A DNA stretch of 64,000 bases from NCBI RefSeq assembly GCF_963676685.1, contig NC_092345.1, positions 50,716,001 through 50,780,000 on the forward strand, written 5' to 3'. The notes under the pieces are model-generated. The model was not told where the DNA came from and made no database searches. It saw only the letters and a list, made by a program, of their open reading frames with translations. The translations under genes and the position numbers were made by a program. Shown here one piece after another: positions 38,252 through 50,939 of the stretch; positions within the stretch are counted from its first letter, which is position 1; each line of letters begins with the position of its first letter. Source of the DNA: Mytilus edulis (taxonomy: Eukaryota).

Positions 38252-38769
38252 ATGATAAACTGAGTACAGTTTTGGAACATTGATTGAAAGCATAAGAAGA
38301 TAGTTATGTGCTTATGTTGTTTTTTACGCAGTTTTTGAACATTGATTGCAAGCATAAGAAGATAGTTAGGTGCTTATGTCGGGTTTTTTCAAACACGAAA
38401 TGTTATGATTGTGGGTAAGATAAAGTTGTATTTTCTCACAACATACTACATGCAGAACCTATACCGTGGAATTGAAAATGAACAGTATGATTAAGATAAG
38501 AACTAAAAAAACATATGTTATGAACAGTATGCTTAAGATAAGAACTGAAGAACATATGTTATATTCAGGTGTACCTTGAAATGTTCTACAGACGTTAAGC
38601 AAACGATTGAACATGATTTGAACAGTTTGAAATACGTTAGAAATAGTTGTATTTATTTTTTACATATCTACATTTTGTTTTTACATGTCTGTATTATGTT
38701 TTCGTTACCCATGTCATATTTTTACATGTCTACATTTTGGTTCTCTACTCATATCATTGTTGATGTTTA

Positions 38770-39435
38770 GGTAGCAATACACAGTTAGAAGTTTAGTTTC
38801 GCATTATTGCCATTTTGAATTTTTTAAATATGAAAGTTTTTGCACAATAAAATTGATTTTTAGATAATTGAAGAATAATATAGCCTTCTTAGTGGGTTTA
38901 TATGAACATTTAGATTGTTTTTAGCATGTTTTATAGGCCATTTATCTGTTTGACAGTCAGTATTTTCCTATCCATACCGTCCATAGGTCCATAAATTATT
39001 GTAGTATTTATCAAAAAAGATTTTGCGCTCGATCTTTTCAATTCAATTTTACGGAAAAACGAGCAGAAATGCATATGATTTTATGGACCACTTGATAGAT
39101 ATAAACCTATGGTTTCAGGAAAGGTATCACTGTAATTGATTGAAATTTTCCTTTGGACCAAATTTTGGAGACTTTTGTGACATGTACCCCCCCCCCCTTT
39201 TTTTGCTTATATTTTGTATCAAAGAAATGCAGATTGTTGCCATGGTTACACCCAAAAGGAATTATATTTCACCATTATGACCATTAGAAATCAAATCTAT
39301 GGGATTCTCCTTCTATAAATATATACATGCATAACACAAATATTAAGCCGTATTTGTTAGACAGGCGAGGAAAGAGGGTGTTTAAAAATTATGAGTGTCA
39401 ATTTTAAGTTTTTTTCCTAACTGTGTATTGCTACC
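38770..39435. mobile_element. PIF/Harbinger-like MITE in the putative cPLA2 3' UTR
   Basis: 19-bp perfect TIR GGTAGCAATACACAGTTAG, TTA target duplication; empty site GATGTTTAGTCAAC in the duplicate near 46212-46225. Confidence 0.9.
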
Positions 39436-39704
39436 TTAGTCAACTATTTATTAGAAACCGACTCAATTCCGAATGGATGTCATTGATAGAAATGTTTTTG
39501 TTAAACTTATTTGTTCTTCATTGTTTGATAGAAATGTTTTTGTTAAACTTATTTGTTCTTCATTGTTTATTCCTAAGCGATGTTTTGCAATGTTTTACCT
39601 CTAGTTTTAGTAGTCATTCAGACATTTTTATGTTATCTTTTTAAAAGTGAATTCATTTTATCTGTTTTTCTTATATTTGTTTAATAATTATCTCTTGTTT
39701 TTTA

Positions 39705-39710
39705 AATAAA
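39705..39710 (+). terminator. Candidate cPLA2 polyadenylation signal AATAAA
   Basis: AATAAA near the end of an AU-rich putative 3' UTR, also retained in the duplicate copy near 46512. Confidence 0.4.
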
Positions 39711-39839
39711 TTTATTTAAAATGAATCTTGAAGATGATCATGAAAGAGCCCTTTCTGAAAATGCAAATTTGTCACTTTTTACAGAGATTAAAAAAATACT
39801 TGACGATAGATCACTTTAGATACTGGGTAAATATGTTTA

Positions 39840-40690
39840 TAAATGCGCGTAGATGGTTGGTGGCTACGTTGGATAATGGGGGTACACGTTTTTGTTTTTA
39901 GAAATGCGCGTACATGATTGATCGGTGCATTGGATTATGAAGGTAAACGTTTTTACTTTAATAAATGCAAGTAGATGGTTGGTAGCTGCTTTAGAAATTG
40001 GAGGGAACACCTTCATTTAATTTTAGGAATGCGCGTAGACGATTTGTGGCTACGTTGGAAATTGAGAACATGGTTTTGTTTTAGAATTGCGCGTGCGTAA
40101 ATGATTGATAGCCACGTTAGATAATGGGGTACACGAGTTTTTTATTTTTAGAAATGCCCGTAATGCTTCGTTAGATAATAAGGGTACACGGTTTTGGTTT
40201 TTTTTTAAATGCTCGTAGATGATTGATTACTTCGTTAGATAATGGGGGTACACGGTTTTTTTTATTTAAAAAATGCGCGAAGATAATTGATAGCTACGTT
40301 GAATAATGGGGAAATACGTTTTTGTTTTTAGAAATGCCCGTAGATGATTGATTACTTCGTTAGATAATGGGGGTACAGGTTTTTTATTTTAAAAATGCGC
40401 GAAGATAATTGATAGCTACTTTGAATAATGGCGGTAGACGGTATTGTTTTAGAAATGCGCGTGCTTAGATGATTGATAGCTACGTTGGAAAATTGTGTTC
40501 ACGTTTTTGATTTTAGAAATGCGCGAAGATAATTGATAGCTACGTTGGATAATGACGGTAGACGGTTTTGTTTTAGAAATGCGCGTGAGTGAATGATTGA
40601 TAGCTACGTTTGATAATGGATTTTTTTTTTGATTTTAGAAATGCGCGAGGATAATTGATAGCTACGTTTGATAATGGCGATAGAAGGTTT
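39840..40690. repeat. About 60-bp minisatellite (about 14 units)
   Basis: AGAAATGCGCG...GATTGATAGCTACGTTGGATAATGG...TTTT unit. Confidence 0.92.
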
Positions 40691-40708
40691 TGTTTCGATA
40701 CGTATAGA

Positions 40709-40840
40709 TTATAACATGCCCTTTTCCAAATTATCCCTGGTATCATCCCGAGACTCCCATATCGGCCTCGAGGCTTTAGCCGAGGGCCGATATGGGTCGA
40801 GGGATGATACAAGGGCCAATATGGAAAAGATATGTTATAA
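40709..40840. mobile_element. About 130-bp fold-back palindrome (MITE relic)
   Basis: TTATAACAT..TTTTCCA..GTATCATCCC..CCCATATCGGCC pairs with GGCCGATATGGG..GGGATGATAC..TGGAAAA..ATGTTATAA. Confidence 0.7.
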
Positions 40841-41449
40841 TCTGTTGATCACATATTTAAGTTCTGCAGAATTGAGAGCAAAACAAATCAATTACGACAA
40901 TTTAATGAAACATAACTGGTAAAATCTTAAATTTCTTATCACAAAAGTGTTAAAAATTGTCGTTAAGTACGCAATGACGTCGCGTCATTTGGAATCGGGG
41001 CACAATAACCAATAACCTCTTTTTGGCCCCGGGCAATTATGTGGTTATTGCATATGCAAAACCCAACGTATTCGTAACAAATATGTGATAAAGAAATGTT
41101 ATTTTCATATTTATTACAATATTTGACAATACATATATGACGATCAGTTAGTTGTGTCTCTGAATGACATAGCAGTACAATTTTTGTGAAGAATATCACT
41201 AATTTCCAAAGGAATATATTGGATTTTTTTCTGGTTTTTTTATGTGTTTTGGTTGTGTTTCATCTCCTTTTATTCTCATTCATAATGCGTGTCCTTTCGG
41301 AATACCTTCGTGTTCAACTTTCAAGTGATGGCTAGAATATGGCAACAAGATCATTCAAGCTGTAGTTCATGTTCCCATTCAATAACGAGATGTATGTTCT
41401 GTTTTAATGAGTTGACTGCATTCTGCATTACATCTCCTCTTGTAAACGA

Positions 41450-41806
41450 TTAAGTATTTTCTTCTTTTTTCTCCAAAATATTAGCAATATTACTATGACC
41501 ATTCCGTTCTGCATACATAAGAGCTGTCCATCCATATATATCATATTTGCTGCTATCACAAGTATTTTCGATGAGAAATCTAACAAAAGACTCTCGGTCA
41601 CATTCTACTACACTCCTTTTTCTGATTGAATTTCTGCGGTACTTACATGTTTCTATTAATGGCGTGCTACCAAAATAGTTGATGCAGTTAACCCCTTTGC
41701 CTTTTGAAATTAGATCTGTAGCCAGCGGAAACCTTTCGTGTCGTATAGCCTCGAAGATTGCTCCAATTCTCTCATTTTCTTTGTCTTGACTGATTCCGGT
41801 TCCCAT
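41450..41806 (-). CDS. Small intronless ankyrin-repeat protein (118 aa)
   Basis: True ATG start. Ankyrin motifs IFEAIRHERFPLATDLISKG, GVNCINYFGSTPLIETC and DIYGWTALMYAERNGHSNIANIL. Confidence 0.75.
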   Translation of the reverse strand: MGTGISQDKENERIGAIFEAIRHERFPLATDLISKGKGVNCINYFGSTPLIETCKYRRNSIRKRSVVECDRESFVRFLIENTCDSSKYDIYGWTALMYAERNGHSNIANILEKKEENT

Positions 41807-41930
41807 TTTTCAAAAGTAATAATGTCCTTCCTTGTTCAATGATAAAGCAATAGTATTTCCAATATTATTATCAATCTTATTTATACAAGTTTGCTATCTA
41901 CGTCATTGATGACACTACGCAAAATTACGT

Positions 41931-42466
41931 AATAAAAGTTAACACAGTTCTACCGGATATAAACGTAAGGGAGATACACTATATTTAGCAAAAAAAATAT
42001 ATTGACATTTTAGAGACCAATGTGAAGTATATTTACTTAATACTAATAAATACATATGGTGGTAAACTGTTTATATATACTTCAAGGATATTAGCCTCTC
42101 TGTATTAGATAATAAAAGTTAACACAGTTCTACCGGATATAAACGTAAGGGAGGTACACTATATTTAGCAAAAAAAATATATTGACATTTTAGAGACCAA
42201 TGTGAAGTATATTTACTTAATACTAATAAATACATATGGTGGTAAACTGTTTATATATACTTCAAGGATATTAGCCTCTCTGTATTAGATAATAAAAGTT
42301 AACACAGTTCTACCGGATATAAACGTAAGGGAGGTACACTATATTTAGCAAAGAAAATATATTGACATTTTAGAGACCAATGTGAAGTATATTTACTTAA
42401 TACTAATAAATACATATGGTGGTAAACTGTTTATACTTCAAGGATATTAGCCTCTCTGTATTAGAT
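41931..42466. repeat. Three near-perfect copies of a 180-bp unit
   Basis: Units start at 41931, 42111 and 42291. Confidence 0.95.
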
Positions 42467-43833
42467 GTCTTCGATACTTACTACTATTCCTTCACGGGTT
42501 GCACCCGTCATGTTGCTGAAATAAATCAAAACCTGGTCATAAGTCAGTAGATAACATTCGATAAAACGGGTAACGACAATTAGAACATATCCTTACATCT
42601 GTGAAACCGTTATCCATTACGGTCAACCAACTCATAATGACGTCCTTAAAATTTTCAAAGAGTCATTTCAACTTCACTGTTCAAAACTCTTGGTTTCAAA
42701 AACCTCCTTGTAAGCCAACCCTCTATTGAGGATCTTAGGTGAAAAAAAAAATTAAAAATTGATGTTGTAAGTAAGAGGAGCATTAGTTAATGTGTTATAA
42801 CACCAACTCATAATACGTCACATCCGGACACATAGGAAAATTGGTCGATAAAAATACTCCCTTGAATTTGACAGTTGTAGGTAATTAATCCTACATTTCA
42901 TTGCAGTAAAACATTTCTAGTCATAAACATATATCTGGGGTATTTCAAAGCATCATTATATTTTTATTTAGGTTTCTATAGAATATTTTAGAAACTTGAA
43001 ATTGCATGATTACTGAAGCTTGTACACGGGTTTTAAAAAGGTGAAAATTTGATTGGTTAACTTCCAGGGATGTTTATTTTCTTATACGCAATGAAATATT
43101 ATATGAAATTGTTTCTATAGTACTGGACAGGATAACACTTTACTCATGCCAAGTACTTCTTTATTTGAAACAAAGCCATGCTTATTGTTTTGGGGAACTA
43201 TCTCCTTATTTCTTGTATTCAGCTGAAATTGAAAATGTTTCTTTAATAAAGATATAGTTATAAGTAGATAAAATCATGTTAAAAATAGTAACAACAAATT
43301 ATTGACTAACCACTCTGGAAAACGGCGCAAATTTAAGTTTTACGTAGGGACTTATTGAAACCTCCTTGGAGACAAAAAACTTTTATATGGATAGTTCATT
43401 TAGCTTCATTACTTCAATTACTCATTTATTATAACATTTCTATCATAAATAAGTCAAAGTTTACCTAAAATGTTTATTTATTGGCCTAAAAAGATGAATA
43501 TTTGAGGAAATAAGAGGGATAAATGGACCAAGAGAGACTTTAAAACGAAGACAAAGAGGTCTATTAGTGGTATTTATCCTAAAGTCATCTCTTGCAACAT
43601 TTTCAACTGTTTGTAGGCAGATGAGATAAATATTTGATAATTTATTAGTTCACACTATATTCTATCATGATGCGGCTTGGTTTGGATTTTTCGAAAAAAA
43701 ATTGCTCGAACCGCTGTAGATCTCGCCTTACGTTATACTCGATTTTTCTCCATCATTGAATTGATTATGACAAAACTTAACAGGAATGCTTGCAATAACC
43801 AGTATTACAAAGGGGAAAAGTCACAATCAGTTT

Positions 43834-46635
43834 ATCTTTGTTTGTATTTTCAGATCAGTTTGATGGCATTTTTGAACTTTTTCCAACCACAATGAAAAAG
43901 CTCTACGTTGTTGATGGGGGATTGACATTCAATTCGCCATACCCGTTGTTACTAAGGCCCCAGAGACAAGTGGATCTTATCTTGTCGTTTGATTTTAGTG
44001 CAAGACCTACTGATGATACACCACCATTTAAGGTAATTGTTAAAACACATTAACCAATTTGCTTTGTTTAAGCCTAGGTAGCATAAAAGGAAAGAATCAC
44101 ATAAAGAATTGTAAGCCTAGGTAGCATAAAAGGAAAGTATCATATAAAGAATTTTAAGCCTAGGTAGCATAAAAGGAAAGAATCATATCAAGAATTTTAA
44201 GAATTTATCTGTTTTTCATTAAATGATATGAAGTTCTTCTAGAAGACATTTACTTGTCAAAACAAAGTATCAAGCACTAAATAAGCAGTTCATAAAACCA
44301 AAGAAAGGCAAAACATGTATAAATGCTACAAACGCCAATTTGTAATTTGTAGGAAATCAAGATTGCAGAACACTGGGCTCACAAGAACAATGTACCGTTT
44401 CCACCAATAGACGTCAATATAATGGAAAAGGAAGGAATAAAAGAGTGTTATGTGTTTGAAGATCGGAAAGATACTTAATGTCCTACCATCTTACATTTTG
44501 TTTTGTCAAATATAAATTTCAGGAATGAGACACAACCAGGTAATGTTTATGTTGGTATTTTTTGCAATTGATAGATTGTTTGCTAGTGGTTAACATGTCA
44601 TAAAAGAGAGGCGAAATATCTAGAAGTACATTCAAACTCACAAGTTGAAAATAAACTGACAACACATTGGTTGAAAGAAAGAAAAACAGACATAGAAAAT
44701 TTAAGAGCAATGACAAATAGAAAAAAAACCTTTTGTGTTGTTCGGTCAAAGTGTATACTTATGATGTGCCGTTGATGATTTCAAAGATATTTTTAAAAGC
44801 TGTATGAAACATAGTACTGAAGTTATTAAAATACTACAATACTAAAAAGATCAAGAATTAATATATGGTGTGGATATACTCTTCAATTTTAGATGTACCA
44901 AGACAAACAGATGAAGAAAAAGAGTTTGGTGATTTCCAACTATTTGACGACCCAAAACGACCACATTCGACTTTCAACTTTAATTATTCTCATCTGGCGT
45001 TTGAAAGGATAACTCAATTAACTGAATATAACACTCTGCGCTTTAAAAATCTAATAATGGACAAGGTTCGAGAATGCGTGAGAAAATATCAGGATTCATC
45101 CATTCGAAGACCAATTAAACTACAAGATATTAAGAAATTAAGATTAGGGGCAAAGGATAAGGAGGATAGATTAAAACAGTTTGTCGAGTTTTTTGATACC
45201 CCTGATCCATGATTGATAAACTGAGTGCAAGTTTTTGAACATTGATTGCAAACTTAAGAAGATAGTTGGGTGCTTATGTGTGACAATATGATGGCTTAAA
45301 ATATATATATAGATATATATTATATATATTTATATTTATATTTATGATTATATATTCTCAAAAATGTTTATTAAATTGAATAAAATAAATACAGGAGAAT
45401 ATCTATTAAGAAAAACATGACCTTGTAAAAGGTTGTTCAATTGATCACTGGGTTGCATATATATAACATGTTTACATGCAGACCAGGTAGTGACATGTAG
45501 CAATTAGTTAAAACACGGGAAATATGTGTATTCTTTGACCATTAATCTCCAGGTTGGTCAAAACATGTCAATTAAAGTCAACTTAATAGATATTCATCCC
45601 TGTATCTTTTGATTTAAGACTATAATTGTCAAATTAATAGAAACCTTGACACTGTTTATATTCTGTATATATACTGATGTATTTTACTGTATAGAGGAGA
45701 CCGTCCGTTATGGACACTGGTCCAGACGGGCTTTAATAAACTGCTATTCAAAATAACCATGTGTTGTGTTACATATGTTGGATTTTTGCGCAGTTTTTGA
45801 ACATTGATTGCAAGCATAAGAAGATAGTTAGGTGCTTATGTTGGTTTTTTCAAACACGAAATGTTACGATTGTGGGTAAGAGAAAAGTTGTATTTTCTTA
45901 CAACATAATACATGCAGTACCTATACCGTGGAACTGAAAATGAACAGTGTGCTTAAAATAAGAACTGAAGATCATATGCTATGTTCAGGCGTACCTTTAA
46001 ATGTTCTACAGACGTTACGTAAACGATTGGACATGGTTATAAATTGAACAGTTTGAAATACATTAGAAATAGTTGTAATTATTTTTTACATATCTTCATT
46101 TTGTTTTCGTTACCTATGTTATATTTTTACATGTCTGGTTTTTTTTTGTTTTCGTTACCCATGTCATATTTTTACATGTCTACATTTTGGTTCTCTACCC
46201 ATATCATTGTTGATGTTTAGTCAACCATTTATTAGAAACCGACCTTGTGTAATATCATTGTTCGTACACCAAAATGAAAATAACGTGACGTCAATGGCTC
46301 AATTTCCATTGTTTAGAACGTTTTACACCAATCACAACGTTTTGGTGTACGCTTTTGAAAATATTACCCAGGATGCATTAGATTCTGAAACGGGTGTCAT
46401 TGATAGAAATGTTTATGTTAAACTAATTTGTTCTTCATTATTTATTCTATAAGTGAATTCATTTTATCTGTTTTTCTTATATTTGTTTAATAATTATCTC
46501 TTGTTTTTTAAATAAATTTATCTAAAATAAATCTTGAAGTTGATCGTGAAAGAGCCCTTTCAAATGTTGTCAGCAACATTTGACATGACATGAAAATGCC
46601 AATTTGTGACTTTTTACAGAGATTAACAAAATGCT
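43834..46635 (+). pseudogene. Partial tandem duplicate of the cPLA2 3' end (exon copies 43854-44032, 44353-44539, 44893-45212, plus introns and 3' UTR)
   Basis: Near-identical to about 36772-39800. CCT AAA has become ACT TAA, a premature stop at 44476-44478. No upstream exons are present. Confidence 0.92.
45279..45773 (+). mobile_element. Solo LTR (495 bp)
   Basis: TGTGACA...TGTTACA termini, 4-bp TATG target duplication, AATAAA at 45735; absent from the paralogous 3' UTR near 38310. Confidence 0.8.
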
Positions 46636-46830
46636 TTTCTATTCGTAGACTGTCCCTTTCACTCGATCTATTCTCTTACTGTAACAGTATTCTGTCCACA
46701 CCTTGCAGAATGCTTTAAAAATATAAAATAGATACCGAAATGAAATGTCTACTGATAGAGAGGCAAAAAATACGAGAGTAATATTCAAACTCCTAAGTCG
46801 AAAGCAAACTGACAACGCCATAGCAAAAAT

Positions 46831-49340
46831 AACTAGAGGCTCTAAAGAGCCTGTGTCGCTCACCTTGGTCTATGCGCATATCATAAACAAAGGACACAGA
46901 TGGATTCATGACAAAATTGTGTTTTGGTGATGGTGATGTTTTTGTAGATCTTACCTTACTGAACATTCTTGCGGCTTACAATTACCTCTATCAAATGAAC
47001 CTATGAATCTATCCCAGAAGTTAAAATCGTTTCTAAAAATTTACAAAATTTACAAAATTTATGAAAATTGTTAAAAATTTATTATAAAGGGCAATAACTC
47101 CTTAAGAGGTCAATTGTCCATTTTGATTATGTTGACTTGTTTGTAATTTTTTACTTTGCTGTGCATTAATGCTGTCTACAGTTTTTCTCTATCTATAATA
47201 AAAGAGGGACGAAAGATACCAAAGGGACAGTCAAACTCATAAATCTAAAACAAACTGACAACGCCATGGCTAAAAATGAAAAAGACAAACAGAAAAACAG
47301 AAATACAATAGTACACATGACACAACATAGAAAACTAAAGAATAAACAACACGAACCCCACCAATAACTAGGGGTGATCTCAGGTGCTCCGGAAGGGTAA
47401 GCAGATCCTGCTCCACATGTGGCACCCGTCGTGTTGCTTATGTGATTACAAATCCGGGAAATAGTCTAATTCGGTAGGTCACATTCATGAAAGGGAAGGG
47501 GATTGTAGTTACGACGTAAGGAACATATCCGATATCATTTGTGAAACGGTTATTCCATAACGGTCAACCAACTCGTGATGGCGTCCGTAAAATTTACGAA
47601 GGGATGATTTCAACTTCACCATTTGGAACTCTTGGTTTAATAGCTTCCTTGTGAGCAGTAACCCTCTATCAAGAAAATCATGATAGGAAATGCAAGCACG
47701 GGAATATCGTATCAATTGGGAGATATATACCCGTATGCAGGTGCTGCTGGAATGTTGCTATTTAGAAATGGAAAGTTCACAATTGGAAAGCTGAAATCAT
47801 CTCTTTTGTCGTGAAGTTTTGTTTTCAACCGACCCTCATTGTCAATTTCTAGATGTAAGTCAAGATATGAAGCCGACTTAACTGTATCTGTAGTATCCTT
47901 AATCTCCAATTCGATGGGATAGATGCGTTCCACATAGTCACCAAATTTTGAATTGTTTAGTGAAAGAACGTCATCTATATAGCGGAAAGTAGAGTTAAAG
48001 GTTATTGCTAACTTCTTATCTTTCTTCCTAAGAAGTTCCTGCATGAAGTCAGCCTCATAATAATAAAGAAACAAGTCGGCAAGTAGAGGGGCACAGTTTG
48101 TTCCCATTGGGATGCCGACAGTCTGTTGAAAAACACGTCCTCCGAACGTTACAAATATGTTGTCAATCAAGAAATCAAGCATCTTGATAATATCGGTTTC
48201 AGAGAATTTTTTGTTTGAATCAAAGTGATTCTTTACAAAGTATGATTTATCCCTCCCTAAGACAAGATACTTGTATCTACGTTGGCCATTCTTTTTTATA
48301 AAGCAAAGTAATACCAACTCTTTCAATTTGTCTTTTAGTTTGGAATGTGGAATACTTGTGTAAAGAGTAGAAAAGTCAAATGTTTTAATACTGTTACAAG
48401 ATGAAAGAGAGTTAGATTGTATGTACTCTAAAAGATCTTTGGAATTTTTAAGTATCCACATCTGATTCACGCCACCTCTTGAATAGGCAGTTTCACAATA
48501 ACTTTGAAGCCCGTCTTTGATTGCTGATAAAATAGATGTTAATAATTTAGAAAGAGGTTTCGTGGAGCACTTGGAAGACCCAGCAATATACCGTTGTTTG
48601 TAAGGACACTTATGTAGTTTAGGTATCCAATACAGTGATGGAAGATCCAGTTCTTCATCTTTGGTTGAAATACCAAAGGAACAAATATATATAATATTCA
48701 AGATAATAACCAAAAACGGCAAAATTATCTTAAAACTACCAAATCAGGGGCAGCAACCCAACAACGGGTTGTCCAATTCATCTGAAAGTTTCGGAGCGGA
48801 TAAATCTTGACCTGATAAACAATTTTACCCCATGTCAGATTTGCTCTAAATGCTTTGATTTTAGAGATATAAGCCAAAACTTACATTTAATCCTATGGTC
48901 TATTTTTAGCCATGGCGGCCATCTTAATTGGTTGACCGGGTCACCGGACACATTTTTTAGACTAGATACCCCAATGATGATTGTGGCCAAGTATGGTTAA
49001 ATTTGGCCCAGTAGTTTCAGAGGAGAAGATTTTTGTAAAAGTTAACAAAAATTACGAGAAATTGACTATAAAGGGCAATAACTCGTTAAGGGGTCAACTG
49101 ACCATTTTGGTCATACAAAACTTTTTTGTAGAGCTTACTCTGCTTAAAATTATTGCTGTATACCGTTTATCTCTATCTATAATAATATTCAAGATAATAA
49201 CCAAAAACGGCAAAATTTTCTTAAAATTACCAATTCAGGGGCAGCAACCCAACAAAGAGTTGTTCGATTCATCTGAAAATTTCAGGGCAAATAGATCTTG
49301 ACCTGATAAACAAATTTAACCCCCATATCATATTTGCTCC
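46831..49340 (-). mobile_element. Helentron-like non-autonomous element (HINE type) with internal tandem units, split by the Penelope-like insertion
   Basis: End AACTAGAGGCTCTAAAGAGCCTGTGTCGCTCACC (hairpin plus sub-TIR), the same end as at 53250-53285; repeated internal units. Confidence 0.7.
47201..48684 (-). mobile_element. 5'-truncated Penelope-like retroelement (Naiad type, RT at the C-terminus)
   Basis: LYWIPKLHK, FDFSTLYTSIPH, GIPMGTNCAPLLADL, FRYIDD, YLDL motifs; frameshift near 47730; ORF stops after RT with no C-terminal GIY-YIG. Confidence 0.88.
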
Positions 49341-50939
49341 AGAAAGGGTAAGCAGATCCTGGTCTAAATGTGGTCGTGTTGCTCGTGTAAGTACAAATCA
49401 TTTGATTATTATAATTCCGATTCGGTGTGTCACATTCGAAGGAAAGAGGACAGAATGAGATTGTTGTTACGAAAATTGGAACATAACTGTCGTCATCTGT
49501 CAAACAGATAAACCGCGGTCAATAAACTAAAAATAAGCGTCCGTTAATTTTTGAACTTGAAACATGAAATTCATGTTTGGTCCATCTGAAAAATAAGCGC
49601 AACCAGTTATAAATATCCATTGGACAAAACAACTGCATTGGTAACCATGTTAACTACAAACTTAATTTTAACGTAAAGCGCATATGTCCTCTATGATATA
49701 TTTTTCGTTTACCTTTAACGTATTTTTTATTATTAAAGACATACGAAAGCCTATAAGCACTGGTGGTAAGCGGATGGTCGTAACTTAAAATTACGACCAT
49801 CCAAAAACGGGAGACAACTCTGGAGGTCAGTTTTTCTTTTCTGATTTTCGTGCAGTAAAAGGTTCATTTGAGCTAAACCGCTTGTCTCGTACATACTAAT
49901 CGTTACTGTGTTGATATTGAAATAAACTTTTATACATAAAATCATTCTAATTTCCGTAAAGTAGTCATTCAGAAATTCGATCATGATGGTCGTAACTAAA
50001 ACAACAAAAATGTTGAGGATGGTCATAACGTAAAATTGTGAAGGTCGTAACACTTTATTAAAAAGGACTGAATAAAGCAAGTCAAGAGTGTATATTATAT
50101 GATATATTTATGAAGATTTTTTTTATTTTTACATACAACGTGTATTAAAGAATTTCGGTCCGTGTAACACTTATGAATTCAAAATTTTACAAAGTTTTCA
50201 AATATTAGTGTTTTTTTTTAAATTTTGATTTAAGTTTAAAAATAGAAAAATCACATTTTTTTTTTAATATTTTGGACCGAATAGTGTTCGTCAATAGTTT
50301 TAAACGTGTCCTTTATTATATGAATATATTATATGATATATAATATAAGAAGTTGTTTTCACCAAATAATAAAAACTGAAAGGGGTGAAGAGAGAGGGTA
50401 CGTACCATGTTAAGTGCGAAACGGAAGATAATTGTATAATCTTATTTTATCAGCTGGTATTTATCCCACCAGCTGGAAGAATGTTTTTATTGTTTTATTC
50501 CATAAGTCTGGAGATAAAGAAAACATATGCAGTTATAGAGGTATTTCTATTTTAAACTGTCTATCAAAATTATATAGCTCTATTTAAATAAAAGACTTAT
50601 TAATAAAGCATTATGAATATAAGTTTTCCAGTCATCAATTTGGATTTCGTTCAAATCATAGAACGTCTGATAGCATATTTATTTTAAAAACTCTTGTCTC
50701 CAAATACTTGGGGAAAAAATAGACAAAGCTTGTTTTGTAGATTTGCATGGTGCTTTTGACTCTATTTGGCATAATGGCCTGTTGTATAAATTGATAAATG
50801 ATGGTATTGGTGTGAAGTTTCATACTATTTTGAAAAAATATGTATAGCTTATCACAGTCCGCACTGAAGATTAATACTGAACACTCTGTTTTCCAATTAT
50901 TAGAGGTGTAAGACAAGGGGACAGTTGAAGTCCTACTGT

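Noticed and set aside
43838-45212. Second complete PLA2 gene
   Set aside because: Lacks the C2 and nucleophile exons and has a premature stop
47440-47500. SECIS element in the Naiad 3' UTR (some Naiads encode selenoproteins)
   Set aside because: ATGA..AA..GA spacing is marginal, no convincing stem, and no in-frame TGA in the visible RT
48685-48722. N-terminus MPFLVIILNIIY of the 336-aa ORF as a signal peptide
   Set aside because: Read-in from the flanking host repeat; the RT is 5'-truncated
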